Position numbers and translations under genes: made by a program. Under the pieces are notes generated by a model that was not told the DNA's origin, did no database searches, and saw only the letters and a program-made list of their open reading frames with translations. Positions 6,401-11,256 of a stretch of DNA of 11,256 nt are shown in pieces; position 1 is the first letter of the stretch, and each line of letters starts with the position of its first letter. Source of the DNA: Nitrospirota bacterium. GTDB taxonomy: Bacteria > Nitrospirota > Thermodesulfovibrionia > Thermodesulfovibrionales > JdFR-86. Where the stretch lies: assembly GCA_963721805.1 (NCBI GenBank), contig CAVRJY010000007.1, positions 1 through 11,256 on the forward strand, given 5' to 3'.

Positions 6401-7426
6401 TCAGTGATCCCCCTTTGCCGGTTCTTCGTCGTCGTAATTCTTGTCAAGGGGCAGGTCAACCGACTGCATCGCCTTATGGAACTCGGCCTCGTATTCAGCG
6501 TAAGTGTGGAACTTCACCTCGGGGTTCCACGGGTTGATGTGGCGCACCTGCCGGCTGTTGTTCGCGAGGTTGCGGGTGGGGCTCATGAAGACGCCGCCCA
6601 TGTGCATGAGCTTGCTCAGCGGGAAGTACACCAGGAGCGAGCTGACGAGGAATATGTGCACGTAGAACATCGGGCTGATGCCCTCCGGGACGACCGGGCT
6701 GAAGGTCATGATGCCGTTGATCATCTGCTTTACGTGCGCTATGTCGGTCTTGAAGAGATAGCGCATCGATATGCCGGTGCAGGCTATCGAGAATATGAGC
6801 ATGAGCGGGAAATAGTCGGCCGCGAGCGAGAGGTACTTCACCTGCGGGTTGGTAAGCCGCCTGATGAAAAGGAACGTCGCGGCCGCGACCAGTATGGCGT
6901 CGGTCATGTAGAACGTCGGCAGCGTGATCTGGAAAAACCCGTCCGCGCTTTCGATCATGCCGATGAAGCCCGGCACGGGGTTGGTGAACAGCCTGAAGTG
7001 GCGAATGAATATTATGAGGAAGGACCAGTGGAAGGCGAGCCCTGCGAGCCAGAGAGTGAGGCTGGTCTGGTAGGTGATCCGGGGACCCTCTTTGACCTTG
7101 GACGAGGTGCCCTTAAACAGCGAGCGGAAACACAGGACCTCCAGCAGCATGCGCCCGATGACGCCCTTGGTGCTGTCGGGATTGTCCAGCTTGCTCCAGT
7201 TGATCCACGGCAGAGACTTCTCCTGGCCGCAGGTGGTGGGGATCCTGAACGGCACGGGGGACTTGGCCCACCTGACGACGCGGGCCATGAAGCCCACTAT
7301 AAAGACCGCGGCCGCGATGTACGGCACCACCACGCCGAATAGGAAGTGCAGCCCCGGTGCTTGCCCGCCCACGTAACCGAGCAGTATCAGCACCACAACC
7401 GCAACCAAGGGAATTATCACCCTCAT
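6401..7426 (-). CDS. dsrM: DsrM, NarI-like diheme cytochrome b membrane subunit
   Basis: WAKSPVPFRIPTTCGQEKSL and EVL.FRSLF motifs. Heme b His residues in FHWS...IRH, YVH and SKLMH. C-terminal SPTRNLAN..R..RH.NPW. Confidence 0.96.
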   Translation of the reverse strand: MRVIIPLVAVVVLILLGYVGGQAPGLHFLFGVVVPYIAAAVFIVGFMARVVRWAKSPVPFRIPTTCGQEKSLPWINWSKLDNPDSTKGVIGRMLLEVLCFRSLFKGTSSKVKEGPRITYQTSLTLWLAGLAFHWSFLIIFIRHFRLFTNPVPGFIGMIESADGFFQITLPTFYMTDAILVAAATFLFIRRLTNPQVKYLSLAADYFPLMLIFSIACTGISMRYLFKTDIAHVKQMINGIMTFSPVVPEGISPMFYVHIFLVSSLLVYFPLSKLMHMGGVFMSPTRNLANNSRQVRHINPWNPEVKFHTYAEYEAEFHKAMQSVDLPLDKNYDDEEPAKGDH

Positions 7427-7482
7427 CTCGTAGCACCTCGCTGTCTATATGAATGTTTTTCCGAAAAAAAGCGGTGCGAGCC

Positions 7483-7974
7483 CTACGGGACCGCCTCCGC
7501 CTTCTTGAGGAGCATGTAAACCTGTCGCTTGACCTCCTCGACCCTTATCTCGTAAATGGACTTCCTGCACTCGGTGTATATGTCGAAGGCGGCGAGCTGC
7601 ATCGCGTCGATCCTCTCGTCCAGGGCGCGCCACTCGGCCGCGCTGCCGACGTCTTCGCCGAGGGTGCGCCTCATGATGCCCTTAAGCGCCGTGATGAAGC
7701 CGACCGCGCCTGATGCGGTGAAGTCCTGGACCGAGCGGATGCGGATGATGCCGTCGAGGGCGGCGCCGGCCTTATGAAGGTCCGCGCCCTCCCTGAGTTC
7801 GTCGTAGAGGATTGAGAGGGATTCTTTGAGGGTGTTTCCGACGGGGTTGGCGAAACGGTCGGGGTTTCCGCGGATAGCCTTTGCGGACGCCTCCGGATAC
7901 GTACCCAGAACGTGCTCGAACCAGGAGGTAAGGACCTCCCGTTTCATCTCCAGCTTTCGGCTTGTAAGGCTCAT
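7483..7974 (-). CDS. dsrT: DsrT, RsbRD N-terminal-domain protein
   Basis: W......YP, D.FANPVG, LD.IIRIR.VQDF.AS.AV.F...LK and FD.Y..CR..IYEIRV.E motifs. Lies directly upstream of dsrM, as is typical for dsrT. Confidence 0.9.
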   Translation of the reverse strand: MSLTSRKLEMKREVLTSWFEHVLGTYPEASAKAIRGNPDRFANPVGNTLKESLSILYDELREGADLHKAGAALDGIIRIRSVQDFTASGAVGFITALKGIMRRTLGEDVGSAAEWRALDERIDAMQLAAFDIYTECRKSIYEIRVEEVKRQVYMLLKKAEAVP

Positions 7975-8048
7975 CCCCTGTAGCCCGACCCCTCCCCGTT
8001 TTTAGCAATGGCGCCCTGCACTTCTCCCCTCGGACGCCATATCAGGAA

Positions 8049-8075
8049 TCGGGGGGCCGCCATGCGGCCCCCCGA
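8049..8075 (-). terminator. Perfect 12-bp hairpin after dsrC (leaky terminator or stabiliser)
   Basis: TCGGGGGGCCGC-CAT-GCGGCCCCCCGA. On the minus strand it is followed only by UUCCUG, a weak U-tract. Confidence 0.6.
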
Positions 8076-8092
8076 CGACATTCGCTGGCTTG

Positions 8093-8428
8093 TTATACGC
8101 AGCCCGTGGGCTTAGGAAGACCGGCGTACTTGCAGGCCTGCTTGGCCGGACCGCCGGGATACAGCTCGTAGAGGTACTTCGTGTTGCCCTTCTCCGGGCC
8201 CATAGCCTTGCCAAGTTCCTTCACGAGGATCTTGATCATCGGCGCAATCTGGTACTTCGCATAGTAGTCCCTCAGGAAGTTGATGACCTCCCAGTGGGCC
8301 TCGGTCAGCTTGATGCCGTCCTGGTCCGCAAGGGACTGTGCCATTTCCGGTACCCAGTCGCCGAGGTTGACGAGGTATCCGTCATCATCGATCTCAATCG
8401 CCCTGCCCTGAAAATCAAAACTTGCCAT
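8093..8428 (-). CDS. dsrC: DsrC sulfur-carrier protein (both C-terminal cysteines present)
   Basis: D.DGYL....W, LTEAHWEVI.FLRDYY and the C-terminal GPAKQACKYAGLPKPTGCV (Cys-X10-Cys). Strong SD AAGGAGG. Confidence 0.96.
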   Translation of the reverse strand: MASFDFQGRAIEIDDDGYLVNLGDWVPEMAQSLADQDGIKLTEAHWEVINFLRDYYAKYQIAPMIKILVKELGKAMGPEKGNTKYLYELYPGGPAKQACKYAGLPKPTGCV

Positions 8429-8538
8429 TGTACGTCCTCCTTCTTTATTTTGAATCAGTTATCGTGATGGAAACTCCACCCTCAAAACGCCGCCCAGATA
8501 CAGAATTATGAGTTCTCCCCCTATGACGGCGGTGTATG

Positions 8539-8584
8539 AAGGTAATATACCCGCATGGTCTCGGTCAAATAAAAAAATATTATT
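8539..8584 (-). promoter_or_regulatory. Predicted sigma70 promoter of dsrC(-TMKJOP) with an upstream AT-rich palindrome
   Basis: TTGACC (8568-8563), 18 nt, then TACCTT (8544-8539). Palindrome AATAA-N7-TTATT at 8584-8568 abuts and overlaps the -35. Confidence 0.55.
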
Positions 8585-8712
8585 GATAGATAGGCTAAGG
8601 CTTATAAGGGCTCTGCGCCGCCATTGTGGGGGTCTCCGCCGGTCTGATTCGGGACGGGAAAGGAGGGCCGGGATTGACCGCCGTTGGAGGGCCGCTTCTC
8701 TCGCGGCCGTTA

Positions 8713-11172
8713 TCAGCGGTCCGGGGAAAACCTCTTGAGCCGGAGGGCGTTGCTCACGACCGTGACCGATGACATGCCCATCGCCGCGGCCGCGAGTATC
8801 GGGTTTAGCAGTATGCCGAAAAACGGAAACAGCACGCCGGCCGCAATCGGGATCAGGACGGTGTTGTACGCGAAGGCCCAAAACAGGTTCTGCCTGATAT
8901 TCGTGATCGTCGCGCGCGACAGCGCGATTGCGACCGCGATCAGGCGGATGTCGCCCCTGATGAGCGTGATGTCGGAGGCCTCCATCGCAACGTCCGTCCC
9001 TGTGCCTATCGCGATCCCGACGTCGGCCTGGGCGAGCGCTGGCGCGTCGTTTATGCCGTCGCCGACCATCGCGACCACCCGTCCACCGGACTGAAGCCGT
9101 CGCACCTCCTCGGCCTTCTGGTCCGGGAGGACCCCGGCGAGCACGCGTCCGATCCCGGCCTGGCGCGCCATGGCCTCGCCGGTGCGGCGGTTATCTCCGG
9201 TGAGCATCACCACCTCGACGCCGAGCCTCTTGAGGGCCGAGATCGCCTCGGCAGCGCCGTCCTTTATTGTATCGGCCACGCAGAGCATCCCAAGCGGCCT
9301 GCCCCCGAGCGCGACGAACATCGGGGTCTTGCCCCCTGAGGCGAACGCCGCGGCCTTCTGCGCCAGCTCGCCTAGTGCGACGCCTTCGCGCTCCATCAAG
9401 GTCTCGTTTCCGATCAACACCGGCCTGTCATCGACCACGGCCGAGACCCCGTAGCCGGGCATGGCCTTAAACCCGGAGGCCGGGGAAAGCGCCACGCCGA
9501 TCTCGGAGGCCTTCTTCACTATCGCCTCGCCAAGCGGGTGCTCGGAGCCGCGTTCGGCCGATGCGGCGAAGTATATTACATGCGCCTCGCTCTCGCCGGC
9601 CGCTGCCACGATGTCCGTCACCGACGGCGTCCCGTTCGTGATCGTACCGGTCTTGTCAAAGACGACGGTCTTGATCTTGTGCGCGGTCTCGAGCGCCTCG
9701 CCCCCGCGGATGAGGATGCCGAACTGCGCACCCATGCCGGTGCCGACCATAATCGAGGTCGGGGTCGCCAGACCGAGCGCGCATGGGCAGGCGATGATGA
9801 GCACCGCTATCGCGTTTAAGAATGCGTATGTGAGCCTAGGCTCCGGGCCGAGCGTAAACCACACGGCGAACGTAACGGCCGCGATCCCCATTACGGAGGG
9901 CACGAAGACCGAGGCTATCCTGTCAGCGAGCCGCGCTATCGGGGGCTTGGAGCCCTGCGCCTCCTGCACCATCGAGATGATGTGCGCAAGCACGGTCTCG
10001 CGCCCAACCGCGGTGGCCTCAAGCGTCAATGTTCCAATCCGGTTCATCGTGGCCCCGATCACGCGGTCTCCGGGCCTCTTCTCGACAGGCATCGACTCGC
10101 CGGTGACCATGGACTCGTCCACCGCAGAGGAGCCGTCGACCACCGTGCCGTCAACCGGGATCTTCTCCCCGGGCCGGACGACCACGAGGTCCCCGAGTTC
10201 GACGTCCGCAACCGGGATGTCGGCCGCTGCACCGCCGCGCAGGACGCGCGCGGTCTTAGGCTGAAGCCCGATCAGCTTCTTGATCGCCTCGGACGTATGC
10301 CCCTTGGCCCGCATCTCAAAGAGGCGGCCAAGCAGTATCAGCACGATGATCATCGCCGAGGTGTCGTAATAGACGTCCGGGGCGTAGCCCTTGACCGTGA
10401 AGACCGCCGGGAAAAACGTGGCGATGACGCTGTATATGAACGCTGCCGAGGTGCCTACGGCGATCAGCGTGTTCATATTGGTCGTGCGGTGGCGCGCAGC
10501 GGCTATCGCGCCCGAGTAGAACTGCCCTCCAATCCAGAACTGGACCGGGATAACGAGCACGAGCTGTGCGATGAAACCCAGCCGCATCGGGATATGGGCG
10601 ATGGACATAAGCCCCAGCCTGTCCCAGTACATCAGGAGCATGATGGGCACTGTGAGGGCCGCGCCGAGGATTACCTTGAGCCTGAGCGCCCTGTAGCGGG
10701 CCTCGCGCTCCTCGCGCTCGCGTTCGACAGCGTCCTGCCCGGCGTATTCGGGCACCTCGTAGCCCGCGTCCCTGATCGCGCGCCTGATCTCGGCCAGGCC
10801 GGTCATCGTCGGCAGGTACTCAACCGTAGCGCGTTCGGTCGCGAGGTTCACCGAGGCATTGAGGATTCCCGGAAGCCCGGCTATCGCTCGCTCCACCGCG
10901 CCCACGCATGCCGCGCAGGTCATGCCCTTTACGGGGAGCACCTGGCGCGCGACGCCGACGCCGTAGCCCATGTCCTCGATGAGCCGGATGAAGTCGTCTA
11001 TGGATTGCTTCCGGGGGTCGTAGACTACCGTGGCGCGTTCGGCCGCGAGGTTCACCGAGGCGGAGCTGACGCCGGGCAGCTCCGAGAGCGACTCCTGAAT
11101 GCGGGCCGAGCACGCGGCGCAGGACATCCCGGTTATTGGGATCTCAGCCCTTTCCTTACCGTCCTTTTCCAT
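8713..11172 (-). CDS. copA: Copper(I)-translocating P1B-1 ATPase
   Basis: Two HMA domains (GMSCAAC, GMTCAAC), [30 protein letters not shown], and the Cu+ signatures YN (TM7) and MxxSS (TM8). Confidence 0.96.
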   Translation of the reverse strand: MEKDGKERAEIPITGMSCAACSARIQESLSELPGVSSASVNLAAERATVVYDPRKQSIDDFIRLIEDMGYGVGVARQVLPVKGMTCAACVGAVERAIAGLPGILNASVNLATERATVEYLPTMTGLAEIRRAIRDAGYEVPEYAGQDAVEREREEREARYRALRLKVILGAALTVPIMLLMYWDRLGLMSIAHIPMRLGFIAQLVLVIPVQFWIGGQFYSGAIAAARHRTTNMNTLIAVGTSAAFIYSVIATFFPAVFTVKGYAPDVYYDTSAMIIVLILLGRLFEMRAKGHTSEAIKKLIGLQPKTARVLRGGAAADIPVADVELGDLVVVRPGEKIPVDGTVVDGSSAVDESMVTGESMPVEKRPGDRVIGATMNRIGTLTLEATAVGRETVLAHIISMVQEAQGSKPPIARLADRIASVFVPSVMGIAAVTFAVWFTLGPEPRLTYAFLNAIAVLIIACPCALGLATPTSIMVGTGMGAQFGILIRGGEALETAHKIKTVVFDKTGTITNGTPSVTDIVAAAGESEAHVIYFAASAERGSEHPLGEAIVKKASEIGVALSPASGFKAMPGYGVSAVVDDRPVLIGNETLMEREGVALGELAQKAAAFASGGKTPMFVALGGRPLGMLCVADTIKDGAAEAISALKRLGVEVVMLTGDNRRTGEAMARQAGIGRVLAGVLPDQKAEEVRRLQSGGRVVAMVGDGINDAPALAQADVGIAIGTGTDVAMEASDITLIRGDIRLIAVAIALSRATITNIRQNLFWAFAYNTVLIPIAAGVLFPFFGILLNPILAAAAMGMSSVTVVSNALRLKRFSPDR

Positions 11173-11195
11173 CAGCGGTTACGGTATATGGGCTG

Positions 11196-11255
11196 CTACC
11201 GGCACTGGACCGGCGTCGCGACGTCGATCTGCCTCATGAGAGTCTCGATGTCAGC
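11196..11255 (-). CDS. Possible 3' end of an upstream gene (unidentified)
   Basis: The longest minus frame open from the window edge reads ADIETLMRQIDVATPVQCR*, with GC-rich third positions, and ends 23 nt before the copA start. Confidence 0.3.
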   Translation of the reverse strand, partial: ADIETLMRQIDVATPVQCR

Positions 11256-11256
11256 C

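Noticed and set aside
4959..7342. Long antisense and alternate-frame ORFs over dsrK and dsrM (4959-5699, 5644-6459, 5724-6407, 6398-7342)
   Set aside because: Shadow ORFs expected from GC-rich codon usage; they show no recognisable motifs and overlap well-supported genes.
8590..8605. ATAGG-N6-CTTAT dyad upstream of the dsrC promoter as a LysR box
   Set aside because: The dyad spacing is T-N12-A rather than T-N11-A, and there is no LysR gene in the window.
8459..8881. ORFs spanning the copA-dsrC intergenic region (8459-8881 minus, 8508-8738 plus)
   Set aside because: They overlap copA and the dsrC promoter, have Arg-rich non-protein-like composition, and lack an SD.
9461..10264. 267-aa antisense ORF within copA
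   Set aside because: Typical antisense shadow of a P-type ATPase gene, with no independent support.
10760..11130. Direct repeat (GCGAGGTTCACCGAGGC) at about 10841 and 11045
   Set aside because: It reflects the two tandem HMA domains (ASVNLA) of CopA, not a separate DNA repeat element.

Overview
GC-rich bacterial chromosomal segment from a dissimilatory sulfur-metabolising anaerobe. The gene order and DsrC type suggest Nitrospirota/Thermodesulfovibrionia, but that is inference. The minus strand carries copA (Cu+ P1B-ATPase), then dsrC-dsrT-dsrMKJOP and a 2x[4Fe-4S] ferredoxin; dsrAB, dsrD, dsrL and dsrEFH are absent from the window. At the left end are the 3' end of pgi, a Cys-rich SufR-type Fe-S-sensing regulator that appears to be leaderless, and a divergently transcribed Tat-exported split-Soret-like cytochrome c (C-GCAxxG-C-C family). 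The most notable observation is a 17-bp palindrome (AAYAA-YATTTTT-TTRTT) present both in the regulator's own predicted promoter and at the predicted -35 of dsrC. This suggests an Fe-S-sensing regulator of the dsrC-TMKJOP operon, which is a hypothesis only. No mobile element genes, CRISPR arrays, tRNA or rRNA were seen.
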